A stretch of 64,000 nt of DNA, taken from contig CM035350.1 of assembly GCA_020137815.1 (NCBI GenBank), positions 9,238,001-9,302,000 on the forward strand, written 5' to 3'. Position numbers and translations under genes: made by a program. The DNA is from Hormiphora californensis (lineage: Eukaryota > Animalia > Ctenophora). The notes under the pieces were generated by a model. That model did not search any database, was not told where the DNA came from, and was given only the letters and a program-made list of their open reading frames with translations. Positions 13,801 through 26,974 of this stretch are shown here, piece after piece. The stretch's first letter is position 1. Each line of letters begins with the position of its first letter.

Positions 13801-16800
13801 TCTTCGCCCTCCACCCCTCCCTCCCCTCCTCTGCAATCCCCAAGTTGAACCTGGACAGTAACAAGCTTTGTGAGAAAGACAGGGTTGATTTGGAGATTCA
13901 GAAGGAGAAACACGCAGCAAACCAGATAGGGCTGATAACGACTGAGCTCCTAGAGAGGAACAGGAGGTTTGCGGGTAAACTGATGGCCTTTGTGAAGGCT
14001 GCCCATCAGAAGTTTCTGGGGGAACAAGTTCCACCCTTGAAGATCGATGATAAACAACTTGCCAGGTAAATACTGTTTTTGCCAGGTAATCTTCAAGAGA
14101 AAATATTTTGTGCTCATTTTTAAATCATTTAATAATTTGGTACACACTATGATCCAAATCACCACAGAATTGATGCTCAACTCATTATCAATGTAACATC
14201 ATTTCCCAGGTGGCATCCAGGGTTTGATCTGAACGGTTTGGAGCTCCCTGCGCCCGCAAAGTTACCGGAGCCTCCCATCTCTACTAAGCTGCTGTCAGCC
14301 ACTGAGCTTCTTCAGAGTGTGGACAGCAACAGAGCTGCTCCACCTCCCGGGGTAAGGAGTGGGGAAGTAGTAAGGGGGGAGGGGGGTTGAAACACCGTAC
14401 CGGGAAAGTTTAGGGATCAGAGATGGGAGAGTTTGGGGAATTAGCTCTGTTGGCATTTGTGTACATTGTAAATCCACGTCAACAGAGTTGTTGGCATTTT
14501 ATAGAAAGATGTCAAGGTGGCCCATAAATTATGATAGCGGGGGACGAGCCGTACGTCCGAAACGGTGATAGTTGTCCAAAAACAAACTACGGGAACATGC
14601 TGGAACAATTCCTGGACGACTTTTTGCAAATTATGAAATTTTTATTCAAAAGTTCATTTTTCATTCATGAACTTTCTACACGTTCATTAATGAATTAAGG
14701 ACTCTAATTTACCGAGAGTTAGGCATTTAGTTTGGCTCGAAATTGTCTTTCCAATGAGCACCATAAAATTGAAATTGAAGCACCAGGTCACATGGCAGTT
14801 GAGAAAATGCACATGCATGATTTTGGCTCTTCCTGCAACTTTCAATCGGCTGTATCACGGCTACCTTTTGTTCAACCGTTTTAAAAATTTGGGTGAACGT
14901 TGGATAAACAAAGATCTTTGCTCACAAGAAAAATCAAGGTCAAAACTCAAAGTTCATTTTTCATTTGGTGAAGGGCCCCCACCCAATTAAAAACCCAAAC
15001 CCCACCCCCCAAAAAATATAAAAGGAAGGGATTGTTTGGCCATCCCTCCAATACCAAAAATGTTTTTTAGGTGAAGTTTTGGGGGCCCCCTTGAAGTGAA
15101 GAATTTTTTTGAGTGAAAAGGTTTCAAAAGTTCAACCGGTGTTGGGGTTTGGCATGGATCGCCCTTGAGCGTTGACGGAATATCATCAAAAAATGAGATA
15201 GTAAGAAATCGATTGAGATGATAGAAAAGTTTAAACTGCGTCAAAATCGAATAAAGTAATTTAGATATTCGAGTAGGCTCACTAATAACAAAATTAAAAG
15301 ACATCCAGTCTAATGAGTTGAAATGCCCAAACTGAAATTTGACCTTCTGCAACTTTTGGGCCGCTCAGACCAGTTGGCCAAATTTAATCATTTGGGTGGT
15401 GATAACAAAGTTTGCTCACAAAAAAAATCAAGGTCAAAACCAAGATTATTTTTTTTAGGTAAGTTTACCCCTTCAAGTAACAAGTAAGTGTCTATGGCTG
15501 TTGGAAAGTTCGTAGGCCCCTGCGTACAGAGGGTGTTGGTACGATGTATCCCGGCTAAAAGGGGTGCCACGCGAAAAACAGTCAAACTTAAGGGTTCTGA
15601 GATAATTCAAGGGATTGAAAGTAAAAGTGTTTAGGTTTGCGTTGCGAAAGCTTCGGGTGCTGAAGTAATTGGAATCTCAATGCACCTCAAAAATTGCATG
15701 TGATTAAAATGTATTATGTAATTAAAGGTAATAAATGTAATAAAGGCTCTAAATGACCCCTAGATGACATTTGGGCATAAGGCCACACTCGAGATACCCA
15801 ACCAACGTGCCCAATAATAGGTCCCGCGAACGCAACGGACAAACCGCGGCCCGGTCGATACCATAAAAAAAAACATAACCAATAATACATAGAGATGAAT
15901 TTTTGAGAGAAATTTGAACCCCTGAAGTAGAAGAGGGTTTGGTCGTTGGAAAGGTTGGAGTCCGCGAGGTTCCCGGGTATGGCGATGGCCATACCCAAAC
16001 CTATAAGGGGTAGGACGCGAAAAACAGTCAAAATAAGGGGTATACAGAACTCGGCAATTAGAAGGAGTAGAAAGGTGTTCTAGGGTGCGTTCGAAAGCTC
16101 TCGAGGTGCTGAAGTAATTGGAATGTAATTGGAAGTAATTACATGTAATTAAAATGTAATTACATGTAATTAAAGGGTAATTACATGTAATTAAAAGGTC
16201 TAAATGACCCCAAATGACAATTTAGACATATTTTGACATATTTGGAGGCCCTGAGACCAGCGGGTGGCCAAATTTAATTAGGTTTCGGGTCGGCTGACGT
16301 AAAAACTCCGCGTTTTGGTCGAGTAACCATAAACCATAAAACCATAGATATTTTTAGAGTGAAAGTTTTGAAGCCCCCTGAAGTAGTAGAGAGGTGTTCT
16401 ATGGCTCGTTGGAAAGGTCTCGAGATCCCGCGACGTATAGGGGGTGTGGCGATGGCCATACCCAAACCTATAAGGGGTAGGACGCGAAAAACAGTCAAAA
16501 TAAGGGGTATACAGAACTCGGCAATTAGAAGGAGTAGAAAGGTGTTCTAGGGTGCGTTCGAAAGCTCTCGAGGTGCTGAAGTAATTGGAATGTAATTGGA
16601 AGTAATTACATGTAATTAAAATGTAATTACATGTAATTAAAGGGTAATTAAATGTAATTAAAAGGTCTAAATGACCCCAAATGATAATTTAAACATATTT
16701 TGACGTATTTGGAGGCCCTGAGACCAGCGGGTGGCCAAATTTAATTAGGTTTCGGGTCGGCTGACGTAAAAACTCCGCGTTTTGGTCGAGGTAAATCAAC

Positions 16801-19800
16801 TCCTTTCATTGAACTAATCATCATTTTTGAGGTGATATGAGATCTCTCTACATTGCTGCACGATACCAATCGCAAAAACTCAAATCACATGCTTGAATTT
16901 CAGAAAATCCCTTAATTATGGCTCAGAAAAGGTGTCAGATATCATCATGATCACATGGACACCCACTAACTAGCCCAGAAACACGCTACAACACCTCTCT
17001 GTCATTGCAGGACATGGGCCAAACAATACCCATACCTTTTCATCACTTTAGGGATGTTGGTTCATGAATGAGTGGAATGAACTACCAAAAATGAAAAATG
17101 AACTTTGAGTTTTGACCTTGATTTTTCTTGTGAGCAAAGATCTTTGTTTATCCAACGTTCACCCAAATTTTTAAAACGGTTGAACAAAAGGTAGCCGTGA
17201 TACAGCCGATTGAAAGTCGCAGGAAGAGCCAAAATCATGCATGTGCATTTTCTCAACTGCCATGTGACCTGGTGCTTCAATTTCAATTTTATGGTGCTCA
17301 TTGGAAAGACAATTTCGAGCCAAACAAAATGCCTAACTCTCGGTAAATTAGAGTCCTTAATTCATTAATGAACGTGTAGAAAGTTCATGAATGAAAAATG
17401 AACTTTTGAATAAAAATTTCATAATTTGCAAAAAGTCGTCCAGGAATTGTTCCAGCATGTTCCCGTAGTTTGTTTTTGGACAACTATCACCGTTTCGGAC
17501 GTACGGCTCGTCCCCCGCTATCATAATTTATGGGCCACCTTGTATATGAGCACCCTTTCATGACGTCATTAGCACATCATCACAATAACGGGATGATATA
17601 TATCAGCTCATTTTTCACGAAGATATGATTACGTTAGTTTGTTAACTTTGGAAATGGTGGGGGTAGCGAACTGATTGTTTATTTCACACCTACCTGTCTC
17701 GCACACACATAACTAGCAAGTGTGAATCGCACGACCATGAGTATGAAAGGCGTGATTTCATGTATCACTTCTGCCCACCCAAGTTAGAAATTTGCCACCT
17801 TGGCCCAAGAAAACTGCACCCGGAAATCACATTGGCTTACAGTCGCCGGTGCGATGGTTGGGACCGTGAGAACAAAGTTGATAAAGACCCCCTATCGGCT
17901 ATCTAAAGCCTTATTATTTCCGAGCTCAAATTGACCACCCTAATATGACTTTTTTAGAACCCCAGTCCCCAACAGTTACCCTAAAGACTGTAAATTCTGT
18001 AACAGATTTTCTAAATGTATCTCCACTGTTTCAGATGGAGCAAGCAATCCAGTCCAATATGGCCAAGGTAGTTGAGCAACAGAAGACAGTTGCTGATGAG
18101 ATCCAGAAGAAGAAGGACGATCAGTTAGCGGGTGTCAGTAAAGATTTAATCGCGAGGATCAGAGCCAAGGAGGCTAAGAAGATCGCTCAGAAGATGATCC
18201 GAAACCCAGAGAATGATAAAGAGGTAATAGATCCCCCCCCCGAAATTCATACTGAATTGACTGCCTTGATCAGAGATAGAATATAGATCATGCACCAGAG
18301 ACATAGAGATACAGGAAACACAGATAGCATGCCATGAACGTTGCATGCAAACCCGTACAAGTGACGGCACACGTACCACGTTCAAAGTGTTTTCCACAGA
18401 AACGCAAACGCCAAACTAGTTTTATAACAGTAAAGCAATAATAAGCACAGGAAAAACAGGAAAAACCAGAAAAAACATGGAACAAGTTCACTTTTTCCGC
18501 GATAGAATTCTGACTTCCGAGTACTGCAGAAAGCGGTAAAAACACACTTGGTAAAATTACTGTTTGCGTCATAACACGTAGAGAGCGAGAAAAAAGAGCT
18601 GTGTTGTGAAGGGGTAATATGAACATATAGGACAACTCTAAAACAACTCTAGTAATTACGTGTAATTGTAACCATGACTTGGTAGATTACAACTGAAACT
18701 ACCATATACAGTCGGACCCCGATTTAGTGGCATCCTCGGGGGAAAAAATCCTGCCACTAAATCGGGGTGCCACTAAATCGGGGTCAAATAATGTGAATTT
18801 CCTATATCGGGGAAAAAAATCCTGCCACTAAATCGGGGTGCCACTAAATCGGGGGCTACTAAATCGGGGTCCGACTGTAATCGAATCTAAAGAATCTGAC
18901 TAGATAGCTGGAAGTAGTAATCCAGCCTTGTAAGTTTGTATACAGGTAATTAAGCTGAGAACCCTACACAAATACACGAAACAATAACCTCTGAACTCCC
19001 TACACAAATACACGAAACAATAACCTCTGAACTCCTTTTAAAAAAGGACGATCTCAAGTAGTATACCCGTCCATATATAAAACACACCTAGCTCTGTCCC
19101 TCCCTCTCTTTCTCAATAAAACCCAGAGAGTGTCCCTCCTCTCAGAATTGACCCACGCTGAACCTCCTAGTGAGTAAGAGAACCTCCCTCTCTCCAATAG
19201 ATTCGAGTGGGGACGTGTTATGCGCTGCCCCCTGTCACCCTAATTTGCTCCTACGTCTGATTGCCCTATGCTGGGCAGCCACCTTCATAAATTTGTCCAT
19301 GTGTATCTTCTTTCCTCCTTCCTTTTTCCTCTTGGCCCTCTCCTGCTCCTTCCTAATCCTCTTCTCTTCCTCCCGAGTCTCCGGGTCCTTCAGCCGGAAT
19401 TCGCACAAAAACTGTGCAAACAGATTCTCCTCGTCATAGAATTTGACTTCTTGTCCTCCATCTTTTCTCGTTTTCTTGCGGTAGTACTTTAGAGCCAGTG
19501 TGATGACAATGTAGACGATGGAGAGGGGAAAGATGAAGGGCATTCCTTTCCCATCGTTAGAGGTGGCATTATACTCCATGATCGATTCAAACTGGCCAAA
19601 CCTCCAATCTGCCGACTTGTTAGCAGTCACCTTGTTATACGTGTTACACATGGCCGCGATAAGGAAATTCATGACGATGAGTCCGAGGATAACAGCATAG
19701 ACAACCAGCAGGATACTCATGAAGATGACAGGTGGGCTGATCACTTGACTTGTACAGGTCCTCCTTGTGATTATATGCCAACCCCCCGAACATGCCCCAG

Positions 19801-22406
19801 ACGAGAGTGAGGATAGGTGTTCTGGACCGAGTTGAAGGCATAAAAATCGTTATCGTCATCCTGTCCATCTATGGAGTGAGCGGCTCGGTAGCACATAACC
19901 ATACTCAGCATGGGGGTAATGAACCCGCAGATGAAAAAGAAGAATAGAAAGATGACCTGGACGATGTCCACCATCATCCGCCTCATGGCTCGCATCATGG
20001 GGCCCAAGAAGGGAATGTGAATTGTTCCCAGCTGGAGAAAGTGGACTTGGGCAAACACCAGAGCTGCACTGTACACGTAAATGGTCAGGACTTGCCGTCT
20101 CGATATGACCAGGGCTTCCGGGTGAGCTTCCACGAAGACACCACCTACCTCGCAGTCGAATATAAGGTAGAGTTTGCTGCCTATGCCAAAGAGGAGGAGC
20201 GCAACCAGTATGATGTCATTTAGATTGTCAAAACTAGCAAAATACCGTTTTAGCTTGGTGGACGGACTGGCTCCCTTTTGCTCGACTGCCTGGTAAAACT
20301 CGGTTAGAATTCGACCCAGGACACACACCCAAAGGGCTATCTCAACGGGTGGTATGTGTGGTTTGGAGATGGCGACCTCCATCACGCCATCTGAGTTCAA
20401 CCTGAACCTCTCATCACCGGTAACATTGAGAGAGCCGTTTCGGTATGCCATGATGAGCTGATGAACTGGCTCCGGTTCAGGAATTGTGGTGAGCACGGAA
20501 CCGATCATAAGTCCAATTAGAATTCCATAGTTGATCAAATCCGCGAGGTACGATGAAATGGGGGAGAAAAACTTTGAGTGGGTGGAGCTGTTGAGTAGTT
20601 TTGAGATGATGTAAAGAGGAACAAAAAATATATTCCAGCAAAGAAATCCGCCTAGTTTTGTTATCAATCCCAGCGCCTTTTTCCCATTCACCGACTTTTT
20701 GTCCATCTCCGCCGCGTCAAAACCCCAAAATGTCTTCCAAACAATTTTCTGATAAAACTTACTCGCAATGACCTGTTTGTTCTTGCTGTTTAGGACGTCC
20801 TCAAACATTGACGGATCGGATACCTTCATCAGTTCAGCGACCTCATTGGGAGTCGTGCAGAGGTTCATAAGCCGGACTGCAAACTTTCGAGGGATCTCCG
20901 CTAGTCTCTCCATCTCCCTGTCATAGATGCAGTTCTTATCATTCTCCAGTTGGGCGAATTCGCTGAGCCGGTGCTGGAGCCGCAGGGCTGTCCGCATGGG
21001 GTCGAGCCTCTGTGAAAGCTGTTCCTCTGTGATAATAAGGTTCAGCAAGTGTATCGGAGAGAGGATTATCTCCCGATCCCTTCCATACGGATCACTCACG
21101 ACAATCATATCCAGCAGCCCGATCACATACATGAGGTAGTTCTCGTCTCCCATCAACTTGGTATCCTCGAGCGAGATAAACCTCTCCACCCAGGCCATGG
21201 GGTCCTGTAAAAACTTCAACTTCTCCCCGCTAACCAGGGGCAGGTTGATGCCCGGCTCCTGAACCGCATTGATCTTCTCTAACAGCTTGTTGTAGTGCTG
21301 CCGTGCGAGGAGGGAGTAGGGATCTGAGAACTCCTGGTCAGGTTCAAACACCTCATCGTCAAGGGTAACGGTGGTGGTGAAGGAGGTAGAGGGATGGATG
21401 TTGTGGTCGAGGGGGGAGAGGATGCGTTCACTTTGTTGGCGGTCTGGGGAGGCTCGATTCAGCTCCAGCTCATCTACCATAGCACCCCTGAGGGAAAAGG
21501 TTGGGGGGATCAGGAGGCAGATCGGATAGATAAATGTACCCTTTCCTACCCCTGAAGGGAAAAGGTTGGGGGGATCAGGAGGCAGATCGGATAGATAAAT
21601 GTACCCTTTCCTACCCCTGAAGGGAAAAGGTTGGGGGATAAAGAGGTAGATCAAATAAAGAAATGTACCCTTTCCTACCCCTGAAGGGAAAAGGTTGGGG
21701 GATAAAGAGGTAGATCAAATAAAGAAATGTACCCTTTCCTACCCCTGAAGGGAAGGTTGGGGGATCAGGAGGCAGCTCGGATAGATAAATGTACCGCATA
21801 GAAATAGGAAATGACACGAAAATGAACTATGAAGAGAAAAAAAACAATCAAGGCGTGATGGCGTTATGATTTTAAAATCAGATGGAATATCAAATTTCAT
21901 GAAGTTATTATAAAATCACCAGATGTACGACTGATTGCATAGTGGTGTGAAATTAGGTGCTCATGAGTTGTGACTTGCGGTAGTAGTACAAAGAGAGGAG
22001 TATGAGAGATGCGGGGCGTTAACAACAGTATAGATAGCCCGGAAGATGGGGAGAACCACAGATCTGAGAAAACGGGACAGACACAAGACAGTGCAAAGTC
22101 AGGAAGGGGTTGATGAACGAGAGAGAGAGTGGGATAGTATTCACTGAATACGGCATGATAACAACCCTATTGACAGAACTGGAGTAGGAGCGAGATGTGT
22201 GTTAGGAAAATTAATGAATTCATGATATGATGATGACGATGTATGGTTTACAGACGTATTCAAGATGACCAATACAAAACATATGACTACGCAATCACCA
22301 GCAGTGCACCTATAGACGACGCGATGTGACAAAACAAACAAACATCCCCCACCTCTTCTTCCTCAGTGATATTCTCTGCTTTCTCTTCACTCACTTCTAG
22401 AACAGT

Positions 22407-22485
<79 letters not shown>

Positions 22486-22620
22486 CTCGCTCTCGCTCTC
22501 TCTCTCTCTCTCTTTTTCAAGATGCTAATCGAGAGCGGAGAGGTAAAGTGACATGAAGAAGACATTCCTGTTGCCAGGAAATGTATGGAGGCCGAGAGAA
22601 AGTTTCTCTTTCCCTCTCTA

Positions 22621-22698
<78 letters not shown>

Positions 22699-24093
22699 TC
22701 TCTCTCTCTCTCTCACTCTCTTTTTCTTTCTTTCTCTCACCCAGGAAGGAAGTGCTGGCACTCTCTTTCAAAACGGAAGACACTATAATAACGTGTTTTA
22801 ATTTCCTAACCAACACTTTATTACCTAGCCCCATTTCTCCCCCAACTACTCACATTACCCCCTCCTCCCAGCCCCGCCCTCCTCCCCCTATCTCACCTGA
22901 ATCTTCCTCTCCCATAGCTGGGGATGCTCTCTCGATGTGAGATGCTGGTACGGTGTCTCCGGGTGTTATACATCAGCGCCGGCAAGGGCTGTATCCCTCT
23001 GCCTGTCATTGTTCAGGAAATCTCTGAAAACCCTCGTATCAATATGAGCCTCCCCGTCGTTGAGGAACACATCCGACTACTGATAAAGGTAATAAATTAA
23101 TTAGGGGGGGACTATTTAATTATTTATCGGGGGTGACAAACTACTATGCACTAGGTTTTGGAGGGTCAATTGTTAGGAAAGCAGTAAAAGTAGCAAATTT
23201 GAGATATTTCGGGGTTGATACAGCTACAGAACTGTTCAAACAGACTCAAGGAGTGAGGGGATTCAGCCCTTCGTTCTAGAGAGAGAGAGAGGGAGTTTAA
23301 ATCTACATCGGGGACGAGGCAGAAATGAATTAAAAAGGGTGCATCCTTTGTTCAAAATAAATTATTAGGTGCATTGAAATATTCACTGAGTAGTAGTGCG
23401 ACAAGGTATGTGACAAAAGGGTTACAAGTCCAAATAAGGGTGTCCTGTTTTGAAAAACATAGACTATTAGGCAGTAGGATTGAGCGTATGACAGAGGGGG
23501 TAGATAAAACAGAAAAGTAAATCTAGGAGTAAATTGGCTCTGTCAGCCACAATTGAGATATAAAATTAACAGAAAGATAAAATAGTCTAATTCGGCGAGA
23601 GAATATAATAAGCTGTTGAAGGCCGTGGAAAATATAATATGTCTGAAGAGTTGAGAAGGTGTCGTGAAACGGCTGTTTCAGAATAAAAAACAAGGAATAA
23701 GAGAATGGGAGGGAGACAGACTGATATAGAGAGATACAAGTGAGAGTTAATGGGTGAAATGTGTATACTTTGTGGCATTATGGCATTAAAGCTATAGCTC
23801 AGTGGCAATGTATATGAAAATCAGAGATGCACAGTTCTTAGACATTATCTCTTTTCAACTCTCTTCCTCCCTCTATTTCTCTCTCTCTCTATCTATCTTT
23901 TAAGTTCATGTTGTCTCTGAAATCTCTCCCCCATTTCTAACCACCAATATATCCCCAGGTCGCTCCAGATTGGCTCTCCCTAGCAGAGATCCGAAAGGGC
24001 AGGTACTTGAAGTTAAACAGGAATATGGACACGAATAAGGTGGTAGATGCAATTCGCGGACGAGAGAACCTCCTACAGGCAGGCAACTGTTAG
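10835..24093 (+). CDS. CDT1: DNA replication licensing factor Cdt1 (11 coding exons)
   Basis: Exons 10835-10918, 11023-11421, 11514-11623, 12581-12847, 13281-13430, 13531-13695, 13784-14065, 14210-14351, 18035-18223, 22918-23088 and 23959-24093(TAG), all phase-compatible. Cdt1 motifs: [48 protein letters not shown]; [11 protein letters not shown]...LPEPP; [19 protein letters not shown]; C-terminal winged helix [28 protein letters not shown]. Confidence 0.92.
11749..12370 (-). mobile_element. Internal fragment of a non-LTR retrotransposon encoding RNase HI (I/LOA/R1-group-like)
   Basis: Motifs [22 protein letters not shown] and [24 protein letters not shown] across two frames. Truncated at both ends and flanked by a direct duplication of host sequence. 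Confidence 0.85.
12490..12575 (+). repeat. 11-12 bp minisatellite (CATAACG/AACCCC)n just upstream of a Cdt1 acceptor; a second copy at ~11700-11748
   Basis: Directly visible tandem units. Confidence 0.9.
14513..17542. mobile_element. 3.0-kb non-autonomous foldback/TIR DNA element with ~455-bp terminal inverted repeats
   Basis: 14513-~14969 is the near-perfect reverse complement of ~17083-17542 (ends CAAGGTGGCCC...GGGCCACCTTG), which explains the mirrored ORFs 14754+ and 17301-. The interior holds ~470-bp tandem units. No transposase ORF and no clear TSD. Confidence 0.88.
15360..16791. repeat. About three tandem copies of a ~470-bp unit inside the foldback element
   Basis: CGCGAAAAACAGTCAAA recurs at ~15570, ~16016 and ~16484. 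GGCCAAATTTAAT recurs at ~15376, ~16266 and ~16733. Units contain TAATTACATGTAATTA palindromes. Confidence 0.85.
18709..18877. mobile_element. Tc1/mariner-pogo-type MITE
   Basis: TA|CAGTCGGACCCCGATTTA ... TAAATCGGGGTCCGACTG|TA, with a TA target duplication and internal repeats of TAAATCGGGG. Confidence 0.9.
19235..21480 (-). CDS. TRPC-like transient receptor potential cation channel, intronless CDS (~748 codons) with two frameshifts, nested in a Cdt1 intron
   Basis: ATG at 21480 (MVDELELN). TRPC-like pre-S1 helices [20 protein letters not shown]...[22 protein letters not shown]; six-TM region; S4-S5 linker [23 protein letters not shown]; pore [17 protein letters not shown]; S6 and TRP box [27 protein letters not shown]. 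Frame changes at ~19815 and ~19745. Confidence 0.85.
21485..21793. repeat. Five tandem ~64-bp units, each containing a copy of the TRP gene splice acceptor
   Basis: Unit CCCCTGAAGGGAAAAGGTTGGGGGGATCAGGAGGCAGATCGGATAGATAAATGTACCCTTTCCTA; on the minus strand it reads ...CCAACCTTTTCCCTTCAG|GGGT. Confidence 0.9.
22408..22740. repeat. (CT)n microsatellites (representative of many GA/CT tracts across the window)
   Basis: Directly visible; these tracts are the source of the RE/SL-repeat ORFs. Confidence 0.95.
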
Positions 24094-24121
24094 GGAGGAA
24101 ACACAGACTATATTGAGAGTG

Positions 24122-24163
<42 letters not shown>

Positions 24164-24165
24164 GG

Positions 24166-24196
<31 letters not shown>

Positions 24197-25364
24197 GAAG
24201 GAGAGAGAGAGAGAGAGAGAGAGGGATAGGAGAGAGTGGGAGAGATGGAGAGAGAGAGAGGTAAAAGTAGGATGAGATCCTCGGCTCACGCAATCATAAG
24301 ACAAAAGAATCATGATTTTTAGAAGGAATAGACCTTTTTCGGTGTAAATCAATTGTGGCAAAACGGGAGAGAGAGAGAGAGACATAACAACTCGGAACTG
24401 CACTGTGTAAAAATTGTATTTGGTATTGTGTGTGTGTTCATCCAAAATCTACCCCCACACACACACACAACCAATACACACAAGTCGTGTACGATACTGA
24501 TTCAAAATATTCTAGTAAAACGTTTTTACTGTCCCCCTTTCTCCTTTATCTCAAAATGAAACAACCAGACCTTTTGTTTTTATGACATGCTTATTGTTTG
24601 TATGACTGCTATCTGTATTACTACTTTATTAATTTACTCCATTCGACTAAGTAGACAATCGTGTGAGTTTTCTCGGGGGGGGGGGGGGGGGGGGGGGGGG
24701 GGGAAATTCACATGATAAGAGAGTTGTACTTTTCATGCTACTGGGGGTGGGGAATTGACATCGGGAGATCGGTTGGGGTAGCGGGTAGCCAGAAAGTATC
24801 ATCATGAACAGTACAAGGAGGGAGAGAAGTTGTCGTCTGTGATAAAGTGCGTTTCAAACGACTTGACCTAGTTTCCGGAAATTCAGGTTTCCCCCCTTTT
24901 AAATACACGCGCAATGCGCCAATCCAAAATTTACGGGTCAAGCGCTTGCAACGGACTTTAGTCCCAACTTTGCGTACGCGCGGGACTATAAGTCGGGCCC
25001 CTTTCCCCCCAACCTTACGCGCTCGGGGTTCGCGCGCGCACCACAACTTGTCCTTCCCTCCTTTTTTCTTTTTGTTGTGTGAGACTGAGCCCATTTTAAC
25101 CATGATAAACCATATCTTTAACCACAATTTAGCCATGTATCATGACACCAGTTCTCAACTAATACACGGATTAGAAGTGATCATACGGAAAAATGAAGAA
25201 TTCTTTTATTCAATATCTTCACTATACGATGTAAGTAAATTTTTTCTTTTCAAATTTAAATTGGGGGGACATTCTTTGGGTCATTTTTTATCTGAAACCC
25301 TGACCCCTTTTTACTGAACCCAATCTGTAGTGGATAAAACTTATTGTTCACCCAAACTCTCACT

Positions 25365-25747
25365 ACCATAAAGGAAACCCTAATAAAATCAAGAGCGCAC
25401 CCCATCCAAGAGCGTACCACCCCTCCAAAAAACACCACTCCAAGAGCGACCACTCAAAAGAGTCCCCTCCGAAGATCCCCCCCGCAGGGGGCACCTGCGC
25501 AGAAGAACCCCACCGCAAATACAAAGCCGCGCTGGCTCTTCTGCCGGGGGTGTCCCCCTGGCGTGGTATCTTCTGAATGGGGAGCCTCTTTTATGTGGGG
25601 CGCTCTTGAGTGTTTTCTTCTGGGGTGGTCGCTCTTGGATGTGGTTCCTTTTTTGGGTGTGGTGCGCTCTCAGGTGTTCTCTCTTGATCGGTACGCTCTT
25701 GGGTCCTTGGAGGCTCTTGAACTTTATTATGGTTCCTTTTGTAATGG
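25365..25747. mobile_element. Degenerate palindromic MITE-like element
   Basis: The left arm repeats AAGAGCG-ACC motifs and the right arm repeats their complements (GGT-CGCTCTT). TAATAAAATCAAGAGC pairs imperfectly with GCTCTTGAACTTTATTA. Confidence 0.6.
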
Positions 25748-26294
25748 GTCAGGGTAGTCAACGCAAGGCAGTGACACAGTTTTTATTTGCGGGGTCCTCA
25801 TTACCAATATCTTAACTAGTTTTCTTGGAAAAGTACGAGTAACAAACAATCCCATTACAGGGCTGAGGAAGACAAGAAAGAGTGAGAGAAGAACAAAAGA
25901 GAGGAACGATTCTTCCATGGTCCTGCAACTTGTTTTGGGTTGTTGAGTAACACAAGTTTTGAGATGGGTGCAGTATAGTTCTGGGAAAAAGAAACCAATG
26001 CAATCATGGGTATGTTGTTAGGTGTACTTCTCTCTCTCCTTTCTCTTTAAAAAAAAAGTTGCCTTTTTTTGGATTAAAAAAGGGACATTCTTGGACCCCC
26101 AAAAATGTTTTTCTCAAGGGGGAAACCCCCCCCGGGGGGGGGAGGGGGGGGGGGAGTCGTCACCCCCACCAACATGGAGGATCTGGGATTCAGGGACTAC
26201 GAGGTGGCCCGATCCAGTGGGAAGGAGGAGCTATGTCATGTGGTCGTGTATGTGAAGGATGTGAAACCTGGATTTCCCCATGAAATACTCAGCC

Positions 26295-26974
26295 CGGACC
26301 CTTTTGTTATCTCCAAGAAGGTAAAAGGAAGTTTAGGACCCTTTTGTTACCCCCAATTTTAAAGGTGAGATTTTGGGCCCCCTTTTGTTACCTCCAATTG
26401 AAGGTGAGAGAGTTTAGGACCCTTTTGTTACCCCCAAAACTGAAGGTGGAGTTTGGGCCCCCTTTTGTTACCCTCCAATTTGAAGGTGGAGTTTAGGTCC
26501 CTTTGTTTCCTCCAACTTGAGGTGAGAGTTTGGGAAACCCTTTTTGTTATCCCCCATTTGAAGGTAAGTTTGGACCCTTTTGTTATCCCCCAATTGAAGG
26601 TGGAGTTGGGCCCCTTTTTGTACCCTCCAACTTAAAGGGAAAGGGAGTTTGGAAACCTTTTTTATCCCCAACTTAAAGGTGGAGTTTTTTAAGGCCCCTT
26701 TTGATCCCCAACTAAAAAGGTGGGGTTTTAGGACCTTTTGTTATCCTCCAACTTGAAGGTGAGAGTTTAGGACCCTTTTGTTATCCTCCAACTTGAAGGT
26801 GAGAGTTTAGGACCCTTTTGTTATCCTCCAACTTGAAGGTGAAGAGTTTAGGACCCTTTTGTTATCCTCCAACTTGAAGGTGAGAGAGTTTAGGACCCTT
26901 TTGTTATCCTCCAACTTGAAGGTGAGAGTTTAGGACCCTTTTGTTATCCTCCAACTTGAAGGTGAGAGTTTAGG
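26295..26974. repeat. ~40-bp minisatellite (TTGAAGGTGAGAGTTTAGGACCCTTTTGTTATCCTCCAAC)n, roughly 16 copies
   Basis: Near-perfect copies at 26730-26974, increasingly noisy leftwards. Confidence 0.9.

Noticed and set aside
14754-17301. Twin ORFs [11 protein letters not shown]... as duplicated genes
   Set aside because: They are incidental translations of the two inverted arms of the foldback element.
21481-21654. N-terminal extension of the 627-aa ORF
   Set aside because: It is read-through of the 64-bp tandem repeat upstream of the acceptor; the likely start is ATG 21480.
26295-26974. Regular ~40-bp repeats as a possible CRISPR array
   Set aside because: Head-to-tail units with no unique spacers, no cas genes, and a eukaryotic context.
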